From NCBI RefSeq assembly GCF_006345805.1, contig NC_043003.1, positions 37,138,001 through 37,202,000 of the forward strand: a stretch of DNA of 64,000 bases. The letters are read 5' to 3'. The stretch comes from Octopus sinensis. Taxonomy: Eukaryota. Positions within the stretch are counted from its first letter, which is position 1. Every line of letters begins with the position of its first letter. A model generated the notes under the pieces. It had not been told where the DNA came from. It did not search any database and worked only from the letters and a program-made list of their open reading frames with translations. Made by a program: the position numbers and the translations under genes. This document shows positions 1-12,150 of this stretch, piece after piece.

Positions 1-999
1 CTTTTTCATTTGTAAATTGCATCAATTTCCCTAAATGCAACCGCACGCGTTTCACAAAGGAAATATGAAACGTTTCACTGTTATTTCTACCACGCGCTGC
101 TCCCACGCATTAAAATTTACCAATGTTTTTTTGCTTCTTCCTTAATGCGGGCCTGCAGACCTACCAACTTACCTATAACTATCCCTACACTCATATGCAG
201 CATCAACGGCAGTTTCTGCCCCACGAAACAAAGCTAAGCAATTCATCCAATTGCTCTTTCATTAACTCTTTTCACATCCAATCTATACGGCAGAGCAGCC
301 ATGCATTGACAAACAACACCCCAAAAACCCATGTCCACAAACCATAACATTCACAACGCAATTCATAACCTCTTTCTCCGTTGCTCTTACCATTTCCCTC
401 GCCTTGCCTTTCACAACTGCTTCCATTTTCATTTTGATGACATCATTTTATTTTACACATTTACTTTTCTACTACCAGTTCTTTATTACCGCAGCAGCTG
501 CAAGTTTGCAACTTATCTACACTTACATACTAACCCTTCAATTAATATTTAATATTTAACAGTGTATCTCATTTCATCATGCTTATTTTAGATCATGCCC
601 CGAAGGAAAAGTTCAATTGGACGAAAAACTGCGAAAGCTGCAAGATCATCAGCAAGAAGGGCAAATTCCTAAAATTCATTGAAGTTTGTATTTGGAGGGG
701 GAGTAGAAGACACAGTTGGAATGTGTTGAAACAGATATTTTTAAACTTTGGGATGATCCCCAGCTTTTTTCTGCTAAATAATCAGCGGCCTGGTAGTCAA
801 TCATCGGTGTCGATTTATGACTATAAAGATGGCTCATGAGCGCAGCTTTACTGGGGCAGGGTCTTGCACAGACATTGTATGTCAGTGTCATAGGAAGACC
901 CTTACCGTCGGGAAGTGCAACAGGGATGCCCTTCCTGACATCGCTCCTTACTTTCTCATGCGCAAAGCGAGATTTCTCAAAAGTAGCTGTCGCCTCATG

Positions 1000-2050
1000 C
1001 ACAATTCTTAACCAAGGTATCCCTAAACCTCCCTTTAAAGTCTTTTGACAGCAGGCAGAGCGTTTCACAAGTGGCGACTTGCCCTTCCACAAAAAGCTAA
1101 AGAACTGTCTCTTTAACCTGATCAACCACGAATCTAATACATGTTCTGTTTGAATTAACAGGTGTACCGTGTGGCCGGTCCAATTTGCCTTTTGTGAAAC
1201 GTTAGCATGAAGTATTATCTCATCTACTCTATCTGCCAGGACTGCCGCCATCAAACACATAGGGTCGACTTGAGGTGGGACCTTTGGTATTCGTATTTTG
1301 GATGTCCTCATACCCATGTATATTGGTATTAAAATCACATCTTCAGTTTCCAAAGATTTTACCGAGTGTAATTGTGCAGTTTCAATGTTTTTAGGTGTAC
1401 CTCGATGGTACCGAATTTTTTCCCTCTGGCTAGATATCTTATATCCTGCCAGTTGGGCTTTAGACATTTTTCTACCTTCTCCTCGCTTACTCGCTTGATT
1501 TTTCTTTGTTTTCGGCAGTATGTTTTAAACATAATTGTTTTTTTTCTTCTCTGTCAATAAAAGGTCTTCTGTGGGTTGAACCTTGAACCTTGACAACGCC
1601 GTCTTGAATTTTTATCATGTCCTTGTACATTAAAACGTCACTTTTCTTCGTCGACAGTTGGCGAGTTCTGTCTCCAGCTGCAGACGCAAAACTTCTTTCC
1701 TGTTTACCCTCCTCCGTTTGAAGTCCTTTAACTTTGATGCTCTTCCCTGCAACGTCAATCCTCGACAGTGGTGGGAATTCGCTCTCAGACGAATCCGTAA
1801 CATCTTCCAACAATGCTCTTTCCACTTTTCTGGCCTCCAAATCTTTCGAATCCTCGTCATATAAATACACACTTTTTGGCATCCTGTCAGTAATTAGTGT
1901 TTCCCCTACAGGGGAAAACACACCAGAGATTGCAAGCAAAAACTATTATACAAATTTTAACAGCAATTAAAACAGGCAGCAACACGGAAACAATCAACAG
2001 AAACTACACTTACTATACAGACGCACTTCGGCAACAATACCAACACTTCC
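1000..2050 (-). mobile_element. L1/Tx1-like non-LTR retrotransposon remnant, copy 1 (5' UTR + ORF1 N-terminus fused to a short ORF2 post-RT piece, 3' truncated)
   Basis: ORF 1487-1939 (DSSESEFPPLSR) resembles ORF 5092-5406 (DVSESEFPALPR). Segment DSWLIRLKRQFFSFLWKGKSPLVKRS at ~1000-1140 matches copy 2 ORF2 (DSWLIRYERQLFCFLWKGRSPLVKR) at DNA level. Confidence 0.75.
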
Positions 2051-2064
2051 AACTCACACAGACG

Positions 2065-5000
2065 CAATACAAATCTCTTTATTGCCCACCGGGGGCCAAA
2101 CATAGAAATGGACAGAACAACTGATGGGATCAGTGAAGTGATATGATTTTACATATAATATGACTTTAAAAATTTTAATACAATAGAAAAAATGGAATGG
2201 AACTAACAATAGAAAAACAAAACAAATGAAGGATGATCAGGCCACGCTCCGACCACACAAGCCACGATCTACCGCTGGTACTTTTATTTTCTTCTTATTT
2301 TTTCCGTCTATTCACACGGTTCTTTGCACGCACACCACTCGTACTACATGCTTCCATCTCTTTTGGAACTCCGACAGACATCTCTTCTCCAGCCACGGCT
2401 TCCTTTTCAAATGAAAAGAAAAAAATGATCGTAAATTGTGGCCAGAGATAAAGTTGCCTGTCTTAATTCTTTTTATCCTAGTCTTCCATACTGCATCTTT
2501 CGCTATTGCAACAACCGTGAGAAAACAATTCTTACGATCTTTCGTTAAAACTCCCGGTGGGTCAATTTTTATATTTCACTCAGTTGACAGCTGTACTCTT
2601 CCTTCGCCGGACAACAGGTATTCAGCATAAGCCCACATTTCAGTTATCTCCAGACACTGAACAATAGTGTGAGGGACGGTTTCCCTGTCCCCCACCCCGC
2701 CCCGGCATCTTGGACAGGTCGGCGACTGATGCTTACCATGTCTTGCGAGCTTATCCCAAACGGGCAAGGCACTTCTGTAACATTGCCAGGTTAAGGACTT
2801 TTGGAAGTTGTTCAACGTTCTCAACCCGAATGTACGGTGAAACAGGCTGTCCAGTTGAATAAACCCGAGACCTAGAGTCATACCTAGGCCATCGTCGCAT
2901 TCAGACTCTACCAACCCACTATATAAAATCCGTATGGTACCCCCACCTCTGGCGTTGCCCGAGCGCCGGTATAGCAAGAGGGCCTTACGGCACTCTTTAT
3001 GCCACTCACTCGACCTCGGTCTACGAGAACACCAGGCTTCCTGATCGCAAAAGTTTTGAACTCGGGGAAGATTTGTCTGGCCAGCGGAGACCACACTCGT
3101 CCACAATCCAAGAGAATCCAGAGGTGCCTCAACCTCAACGCATGTCTGAGCATCATTAACCAAGGCATCCCTAAACCTCCCTTTAAAGGCTTTCGACAGC
3201 AGACAGCGTTTCACAAGTGGCGACCTGCCCTTCCACAAAAAGCAAAAGAGCTGTCTCTCATACCTGATCAACCACGAATCCGGACAGGGCAGGACGGTCA
3301 GGCGGTAGGTAATGACCGATGCGATCAACACATTTACCACCTCCACCCTCCCTTTCAGGGATACACACCGCCAAGACCAGGTCCTGACTACTGCAGCCAC
3401 CCTGATCAATATCTCCGTCCAGTTCATCTCTATCTGGAGGCCTGGTCCAAACCAAACTCTCAGCAACTTAACCGGTCCCTCCGCCCAGCGCCCAACAACG
3501 TTGTCTAAAGGCATCGACTTGCCAACCTAGGTGCCGAGCTGCAAGTCAACCGACTTTTCCCGGTTAATCTTTGCTCCTGCCACCTCCTCGTAAGCCTCAA
3601 TAGTTTTACCCACTTCACGTAGGCTTGCTACCGAGGTTACGCTGATTGTGATATCATCCGCGTAAGCCGTAACAAACTCCTCTAGACCTGGTTCTCTCGG
3701 GATTCCACTCAACCTTCGCAGTAGGGGCTCGAGAGCCATTATATACAAAAGTGGTGAGAGCGGACATCCTTGACTAACCGAGCGTCTGATGCAGAGTGGC
3801 TTCGAAACGAAACCGTTCACCCGAACTATCGAGTCAATGTTGTGATACAAAGCGATAAACCACCTGAGAAAGCTAAGGCCTAGGCCGAACCGCGCAAGCA
3901 CACTCGCCAGGTATAGATGGTCAACCCAATCAAAAGCTTTAAACTGGTCTAAAATGTACCAATGCCCCACCTTTGCCAGATTTATTACAAACCCTCTATG
4001 GTATAGCGAATAATATGTAGGGTATCCTGAATGGTTCTGCCTGGGATGGCACATGTTTGTGCCTCCCCGATTATACCATTCGCGACGCGTGCCAACCTTT
4101 TTGCTAAGACCTTGGCCAAAATCTTCACTTGTGTATTTAACAGAGTGATGGGCCTGAAATTCTCTATAACATCCCCCTTGTCCGGGTCCTTTCTGACCAA
4201 CTACTCCCCAGCGCACAGATCTGGGGATAAACCCATTCTGTTGCCAGTTCGCGTACATGTCAGCCAGTAGTTGCTCGAACAAGTCTGGCATACATTTATA
4301 CAGCTCGTACGAAAGACCATCATGTCCCGGCGACAAACCCGCTTTACAAAGCTTTACAAAGCTTTACAAAGCCTCCATCACCTCCACGGGCGTGATTGGC
4401 CCTTCGCAAGACTCCGCATCCGACCCCGAGAGGCACGGAAGCCCGGCAGCCCGGCCACACTGGAAACATCGTGGTTTACGCCCCTCAACAAAAATATTTA
4501 GTTCTTCCTCCCCTACTTCCCCGATTTCTGGGAGCTGTTCTAAAATTTTTTGGTCACCCTGCAGTATGAGGTTAAGCGTTTGACCAGTCCAATAGGTATT
4601 TTCTGTGACTGTAGCCTACAGGAGGTTAAAATTATCTTCCCTTTTTGCCAGGACTGCCACCGTCAAGCTCATAGGATTTATTCCGGGCGGAATTCTTAGT
4701 ATTCTCACTTTTTATGCTCTCATTCCCATGTAAATTGAGATTAGCATTGTCTTCCGACTCTTAAAATTTTATAGAGTGTTTTTGTCCCGTTTCTGCATTC
4801 TTGAACCTCGCCACGATGGTTCCAAACTTCTTTCCTCTGGCTAGATATGTAATGTTCTGCCAGATGGGTTTTCAATTTTTTGCTCACATATTTTATCAAT
4901 TTTACAAGCTTCTAAGCAGAATGTCTTAATAATAATGATTTTCTTTTTTTCCTCAGTTAATTCTTCTTCTGGTATTTCCACTTTTACTATTCCATCTCGT

Positions 5001-5420
5001 TCTGTTATCATATCTTTATAGTTTAATAATTCTTTTATGTCAGTTGACAGCAGTCGCGTTCCACCACCAGCCGCTAACGCAAAAATTTTCTTTATTTATT
5101 TTGGATGGTCCTTTTTTCGGTCTTTCTTTTCGTGTTCGTAACTCTTGGTAATGCCGGAAATTCGCTTTCCGACACATCAGAAACGTTATCAAAAATTAAG
5201 CTTTCTATTTTCTTTGCTTCTCGCTCAATCGATGATTCGTCCCCCGACGAAGACGAACTTTTCGGCATCTTGCCAGCAATTAATATTTTCCCCCACAGCA
5301 TTCGAAAGAAAACTATACTACAACAATTTTTTTCAACAATAAGTCCAACAATAAGCACAACAAGAGATATAACAATTAACAGAAACTTACGAACACACTC
5401 CAACAATAAATTTTCAGGAA
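2065..5420 (-). mobile_element. L1/Tx1-like non-LTR retrotransposon, copy 2, internally deleted (no APE endonuclease), frameshifted
   Basis: RT motifs SPGHDGL, NFRPITLLN, DQFKAFDWVDH, SVSQGCPLSPLLY, AYADDIT (ORFs 3527-4336, 3985-4200). Post-RT FLWKG and CPRC..ETVPHTIVQC zinc finger (2576-3514). ORF1 with start of zinc knuckle RCFQCG at ~4455. 3' end with AATAAA near 2070. Confidence 0.9.
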
Positions 5421-6376
5421 CAAATACGAAATACCGCTAAGCATTTCGCCCGGCGTGCTAACGATTCTATCAGCTCGCCGCCCTAAAAATTGTAACGTTA
5501 TCATTTCGAGTCTGCTTGGCACAAAGTCAGCAGTATGTGGGGTGAGGGAGTCGATTACATCAACCCAAGTGCTTAACTGGTACTTTATTCATTGATTCGA
5601 AAAGATGACCGCAGCAGAATGAATTTGAAGAAGTGCCGCAAAGCATCTTCCCAACGCTCTAACGATTCTGCCAGCCTAGAAAGGAAGAGAGCAAAAGTTA
5701 ACTTGGACGGGATTTGAGCTCAAGACAAAACTCCGGAAGAAATACTGCCGAGCATTTCGTCCAGTACTTCATTGATACTATCAATCCATTAATAATTAAT
5801 TCGTTTATTGGCCACAAGGGCTACAATAATAATAGTTTTAATTCTTCGTACTCCTCTCCCCTTCTCTCATCATTAAGCAAGAAGGGTCAAGTGTCCGCCA
5901 GTTCATGATGATGATGATGATGATGATAGTGGGTGTGGTGATGATGACAATAGTAGCATGAGGATAGTAGTGGTCGTGGGACGATGATGGTGATGATGAT
6001 CCTGGCAAGGATGTTCTGTGCAATCACGTGACATCTCACCCGTCCTTTTTTAAGTGACAGCATCCCTTATCTTTTCTTTTATCTCAAACCTTCCACCTGT
6101 TGTCACTTGACCTTTCACCCAGTTTTGGTCCCCCTTCCATCATCCATCCCACGTGACCCATCAGCCATTGTGTTTCTCGAACCAATGTGGTGGGCGCTAT
6201 GAGATCGCTCACCATACTAGAAATAACAGCCAAATCTCCCCCAGATCACTATTGTCTTCTTACAAAAGAATACTAGATACACTGCTAGAAATATAAACAA
6301 GATGGTCACAAAAGCAACGTCTTCAACCTTGGCTAAAAAATAGTTGCAACAATATCTATGAGCATTTTGCGATATA

Positions 6377-6434
<58 letters not shown>

Positions 6435-6462
6435 TGTGTGTGTGTGTCTGTGTGTGTGTGTT

Positions 6463-6493
<31 letters not shown>

Positions 6494-6629
6494 AAGGTGC
6501 GTTGCCTAGTGGTTAGGGCGTTGCATTCACGATCACTAGATCGCTGGTTCGACTCTCCAGACTAGGCAGCACGTTATGTTCTTGAGCAAAACATTTCATT
6601 TTCCCTTGCTCAGCTGTAAATATCCTCCT

Positions 6630-7440
6630 GAACCTACAAAAGAGATGAGTAGTACCAAATTACCATTCCTAGATAGAATGGCAATTGAAAAGGACACCAC
6701 CATTACCACAGATATATACCACAAACACACGGACGCACATCAATACCTGAATTGTAAGTCATGCTATCCACCACATACAAAACGCAGCATTCCATACTTT
6801 GTACTCTACTTATAGAAAATGGCATACAGCGAGCTATAAAATTACCCATACAACAACTGAGAACAACCGAAAGAAGAGGATAACTGGAACAGGTCATACC
6901 ATTTATAGTGACATACAACCCATGTCACCAGAATATCTTCAACATTGCCAAAGCAAACCTACCAACCATTGCTCAAATGAATTAAAAATATATAATCACA
7001 GATCGAACTATGGTTCTTAGTAAAAGACAGTCTAAAAACTTGAAAAGAATTATTAAAAGGCAAAGTTTGACCTTAGCAAAAGAAGACCAATCATTCACTG
7101 TATCTAAATGCAGTGATAGCCAATGTGGCACACGTGCCAATTCATTCATACCGGCCAATATAGGAACACAAAAGCAGGGGAAATATTCAAAAGCAAATAT
7201 TTAATTTACTGCATCAAATATCACAAAAGTAAAAATTTTACGTACTGCACCATTGTGAAGAACTCTATATGGACACACTGAAAATGCACTATCAGAACGT
7301 CCACATGTGCACCGACACAAATTAGAGAACCAGGTGTCCGTCAGATACCTTTGAGTAATCAGCATTTGAGTAAATGCAGACGGAAAATATATTTTCATTC
7401 TACAAACTATACAGTCCAAGTGAAATTGAGAGAAAAATCA
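6630..7440 (+). mobile_element. Penelope-like element fragment (RT C-terminus + GIY-YIG endonuclease), decayed
   Basis: LPFLD...TTDIYHKHTDAHQYLNCKSCYPPHTKRSIPY is the PLE RT thumb signature. Frameshifted C..C.E.Y.G.TENALSER..VHR..IREPGVRQIP at ~7240-7360 fits GIY-YIG. Confidence 0.75.
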
Positions 7441-7981
7441 GAGAAAAGAACTTTATAAATAAATACCAAACCAAGCTAAATAAACAATAATAATAATACT
7501 TAGAGGTACTCTTTCTACTGCTACGACTACTAACAACACTAAAAGTGCTCATTATGATGATAGCATGAAAATACCAGCTAAAAGTCAGTAAAAATAATCT
7601 TATTTTCGGGTTTAAATTTATATTACCACAGCTACTCCTACCGCCGCCACCGCCACCAACAGCGACAACAATAATAAAAGAGATGATAATGATGATGGCG
7701 ATAAATGAAATATAAAAATCCCTGGGAAATAATAATTGTTGGTCTATTTTTAGAAATGTTGTAAATATTATTTCCCAGGGATTTTGGCCAGGGTCAAAAC
7801 ACAGGTCTCTTGACATGTTCAACAAACCGTGACGCCTAAACCAAACAATCAAATTAAATAAATAAGTAAAATCACACACTGATTGGTCAGAATACAGTTT
7901 GCTAAATTTAACATTCTGGAACACAGCTTATCCACTGACTACAGTTAGAAATTGTAAAACACAACTGTCACTACGACTATA

Positions 7982-8026
7982 TGAGTCTGAAGATTGCATA
8001 GTTTAATGCATGAAAGTACTAGTTCA
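7982..8026 (+). ncRNA. Degenerate minimal type I hammerhead ribozyme motif
   Basis: tgagt-CTGAAGA-t-tgcat-agttta-atgca-t-GAAA-GTAC-TA^gttca. Core boxes intact, palindromic stem III AGTACT, stem I 5 bp with 2 G.U, U.U at the base of stem II. Confidence 0.5.
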
Positions 8027-8137
8027 ATCAGAATGGACATTTAATATTCTATCATTTCGTTATATTCTCGTATCTAATATTACATCACTATAAGATTGTG
8101 AATAAAACGTAAAAATCAAAATTGGAATTTCTTTGAG

Positions 8138-8175
<38 letters not shown>

Positions 8176-8177
<2 letters not shown>

Positions 8178-8530
8178 TTTCATTTGTTTCAGTCATTTGA
8201 CTGCGGCCATGTTGGAGCACCGCCTTTTGTCGAACAAACCGACCCCAGGACTTATTCTTTGTAAACCTAGTACCTACTCTATCGGTCACTTTTGCCCAAC
8301 CACTAACTTACGGGAGAGTAAACACACCAACATCGGTTGTCAAGAGATGGTGGGGGGACAAACACAGACACACAAACATATATGACCGGCTTCTTTCAGT
8401 TTCTGTCTACGAAATCCACTCACAATGCTTTGGTCCGCCTGAGGTTATAGTAGAAGACACTTGCCCAAGGTACCACACAGTGGGACTGAACACGGAACCA
8501 TGTGGTTAGTAAACAATCTACTTACCACAG
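8176..8530 (-). mobile_element. tRNA-derived SINE, family B (CORE-like body, GAGTAAAA-type tail)
   Basis: Matches the full plus-strand copy at 21822-22290 (ggcgcaggagtggctgtgtggtaag...ggcaccttgggcaagtgtcttc...cagtcaaatgactgaaacaagtaaaagag). Confidence 0.85.
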
Positions 8531-10102
8531 AGACTCAGCGCTTTCAGATATTGTCTGTAAATAAGACTTTTAACCGAATGTATTTTACCAGTGAACTTTC
8601 CTTGTAACCCTTCAATTTCTTCTATGGGACCGGATGAGTTAGAAGATGTGTCTATTAATAATTTTAACCATACAATGCAATTTTGTATCACATACATCCC
8701 GTAATAAAGTTTCTATATATTTAATATTTCGGCGCAGAAATATTATACAAGCAGTTTTACATTATAAGACATATTCTTCAGATCAGACTCTGGCATTTAA
8801 GATCGCCGCATTGACATATATATATAACTACGCTGTTTCGTAAACTTTCGTGAGATGATAAACCCTAAGCAAGTTAAGCGGGCAAATATACAGTTTTATA
8901 TAGTTGTAGAGTTAAAAAAATCTTCTCGAAATCTCCATCGAAATGTAGAGTGTAAATAGTATTTTTGTTTTCCTTCCCTTTTTTTATTCTTTACACCTTT
9001 CTTCAAATGACGGTTCCTAGTCTGGCTAGAGAAGTGTTGCACACATACACGCGCGCACACGCATGCGCACTATATGCGTACGCGCGTATGAGTAAGTAAA
9101 TATGCATGCACATATACATGTGTCTAACATATTTCGGTGATATATATCATTCCATGTTTCTCCAAATGGCGGCTCTTTGGTTGAACAGGTGTTACACACA
9201 CGACCACAACGCATTCTCTGACACACAAAACACACACACACACACACACACACACCACACACACAAACGCACGCACACTCACATGTGCATACATTCGTAT
9301 ATATATGCGTGCGAATATGAGATTCCAAGTAAACATGCATATATGTATGTTTTTATACGTGTAATGCTTTTCGATGTTTACCTTTCACCGAACGCTGTAA
9401 AAATTGTAAAATGATGCTTTAAAACCCAATTTCCTTGTGGTATTTGTTTCATCCCAGTTCCGCAGACAATCGCTCGCCATTATCCCCATTTTAAATGCAG
9501 TAAACCAATGATTGGCTCGTTGAGAGCCTATAACCAACGAGATGGTTATTTTTTTTACCAAACGCTCTATCAATAAGGAAAATAATAAATATCAAGATCT
9601 GGTGGAATTGCAATAACTTCCATTGTTACAAAACTGGTGAAATAGACAATTAGAGAAAAAGAAAAACACGATGAGATCATAAGAACATTTTTCTTTCTTA
9701 GAAAAAGAAATTATGAAGTTGTCTCAAAGAAAAGCATCAGAGATTTTTTTTTTTCACTTACTAATTTATCGAAATATGTATAAGTGTGATGAAAGATGGT
9801 GAAAAGCATATAAGTTGTATATAACTTCGTAAAACACCTGCGGAAGAATTAAAGCATCGTTATGTCTTTCTCAATGGCCAAAATGTCGCGAAAAAACGTC
9901 ATTATACTGATCTTTATGATATTGAAATGCTACTATTTTTAAGTTTATTTTGTAATTGTTTGATATGCTTGTTTTTTCAGTTTTCCGGGTATTTTTTTAT
10001 TATTATTTTTAGAATTCTAAATATCAACTGACATAAAAAAGTGTTGCTAATAGTTCGTTCTCATTCTACCGCTATTTTCCTTTTCCTGGTCATTATTCTT
10101 CT

Positions 10103-10480
10103 CTTTTACTCTTTTACTTGTTTCAGTCATTTGACTGCGGCCATGCTGGAGCACCGCCTTTTAGTCGAGCAAATCGACTCCGGGACTTATTCTTTGTAAG
10201 CCCAGTACTTATTCTATCAGTCTCTTTTGCCGAACCGCTAAGTAACGGGGACGTAAACACACCAGCATCGGTTGTCAAGCAATGCTAGAAGGACAAACAC
10301 ATATATATACATATATATATACATATATACGACAGGCTTCTTTCAGTTTCTGTCTGCCAAATCCACTCACAAGGCATTGGTCAGCCCGGGGCTATAGCAG
10401 AAGACACTTGCCCAAGATGCCGCGCAGTGGGACTGAACCCGGAACCATGTGGTTGGGTAGAAAGCTACTTACCACACAGC
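10103..10480 (-). mobile_element. SINE family B copy
   Basis: Reverse complement of the family B sequence, with a (gagtaaaa) tail at ~10103-10120. Confidence 0.9.
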
Positions 10481-10869
10481 CACTCCTGTGCCATTATACT
10501 TATTCTTTTTTCCTGTATTGTTTATTTCTGCTATTGGGGACGTTGCTGTTGTTACTGTAGCTGTCACTGCTTTTCCTGCCACTGCTGCGATTTCCTACAA
10601 CTATTGTTGTCCATTCACTAACGAAGGACCGTCTGCGTGTTCGCTCAACATGCTTAAAAAATAGTAGCCAAATCTCTTCCTTAAATGATACTCACCTCCC
10701 ACCTCCATTTTTCTAAACAAGTGTAGAAGAATACATTGACGGAGAGTTTCTCAAGGGGAAAATGAAGAGTGACAGGTAGGCTGCGGCAGCGTCTGGTGGG
10801 ACATGGAGTTTGGGAATGGGGCGTAAATAAGTAACATAAATAAAACTTGCAATAAAGATTTTACTAAAA

Positions 10870-11125
10870 CTATGCATGTATGTATGTGTATATATATGCA
10901 TATATGTGCATATATGCATACATATGTGTGTATATACATACATATGCGTATATATACATACATATGTGCATATATACATGCATATGTGTATGTATATATA
11001 TACATATATATATGCATATACATAAACATATTTATATATATATATATACATACATATATACAAACACACATATATATATAGATATATATAATATACGTAC
11101 ATTTTTTATATATATACACACACAC

Positions 11126-11160
<35 letters not shown>
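10870..11160. repeat. Compound (AT)n/(ACAT)n/(ATGT)n microsatellite
   Basis: Directly visible. Source of the spurious YI/CV-rich ORFs. Confidence 0.95.
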
Positions 11161-11161
<1 letters not shown>

Positions 11162-11374
11162 CCATGTTGATTCGTTAGCTACTGCACGCATTTTTTTTTT
11201 TTTTCTCTCCTTCTTTCTGTGTTTTTCTCTCTCTGTGTATCTTTCTGTTGAAGAGCGTAGGCTCGAAACGTTAAAGACTTGTTTTATTTATATTTCCTGA
11301 GCGCCATACTAATACAATTGTTCGTTTGTTTTCCACCTGCCTTCGTCTTTTGTTTATTTTCATAAAGCTTCCCG

Positions 11375-11378
<4 letters not shown>
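11161..11378 (+). mobile_element. Short non-coding PLE-terminus-like repeat flanked by (AT)n on both sides
   Basis: Contains a minimal hammerhead motif typical of PLE pseudo-LTRs. The PLE assignment is an inference from that motif. Confidence 0.45.
11240..11277 (+). ncRNA. Minimal type I hammerhead ribozyme motif with A6U substitution
   Basis: tcttt-CTGTTGA-a-gagc-gtag-gctc-GAAA-CG-TT^aaaga. Stem I 5 bp, stem II 4 bp, loopless palindromic stem III ACGT. Confidence 0.55.
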
Positions 11379-11447
<69 letters not shown>

Positions 11448-11563
11448 AACACATGTATATAGAGAGAGATATATATAATATAAATACATTTTTATATATT
11501 CTTATACACACACACGTATATATATATATATATACATATATATAGATACATATATAAATAATT

Positions 11564-11640
<77 letters not shown>

Positions 11641-11789
11641 CTTTGTTCGTTCATCGTGAAGCAGTTTTTGTTCTTTTTTTTCCTTCTTCCGAAATATCGA
11701 AGAAGTGCATGGGGCAAAAAAACGTTAAAACTTACTGCGTTGAATAAGGCACTCGTGTTGGATCACTTAGAGTTTGAATGTATTCCGTC

Positions 11790-12150
11790 AATAGTGCCTA
11801 CGTTGAATACTTTGGATCACGAAAGGAAGAAAATCAGAAACACTAACGTCCTGAAAATGGCGAATCTGCGCAAGCGCACAAGAGGTTGTGACGAATAGAA
11901 GAGTGAGATTTGCAGATCTCTGCTTGCGACAACCAGAAGAATGCATACCCAAAACAGCTACACAATAGGTACCGTTAGAGGAGCGAAGGTAAAGAGGGAG
12001 ACCCAAGAAAACTTGAGATCCCACCTTCAAAGATCTGAAGCAACTTAGCACCACCTAAGACGATGAAAGCTACTATACTCAAAATTGGGATGACTGAAGA
12101 CGTCTTGCTACCCGATGATAAAGTGAAGGTTATCTTGACTGGAATCAACG
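11790..12150 (+). mobile_element. RTE-clade LINE 3' fragment, decayed
   Basis: Translation VTNRRVRFADLCLRQPEECIPKTATQ*VP...RGRPKKT* matches the RTE C-terminal RRxRFAGH..R....RGRPKKTW pattern. Confidence 0.7.

Noticed and set aside
6495-6560. tRNA-like sequence with A/B boxes (also 20840-20897, 31978-32045, 59550-59610)
   Set aside because: These are SINE heads running into SINE bodies, with no complete cloverleaf.
8725-8785. Minus-strand CTGAAGA...CCGAAATATT in the 8.7/12.3-kb repeat, a possible hammerhead
   Set aside because: No stem II closing pair and no stem I in either copy.
10723-10775. VEEYIDGEFLK resembles an alpha-kinase motif (VE.FI.GEF.K.N.N)
   Set aside because: Only 11 residues match, the expected N.N.G does not follow, stops flank it, and no other kinase exons were seen.
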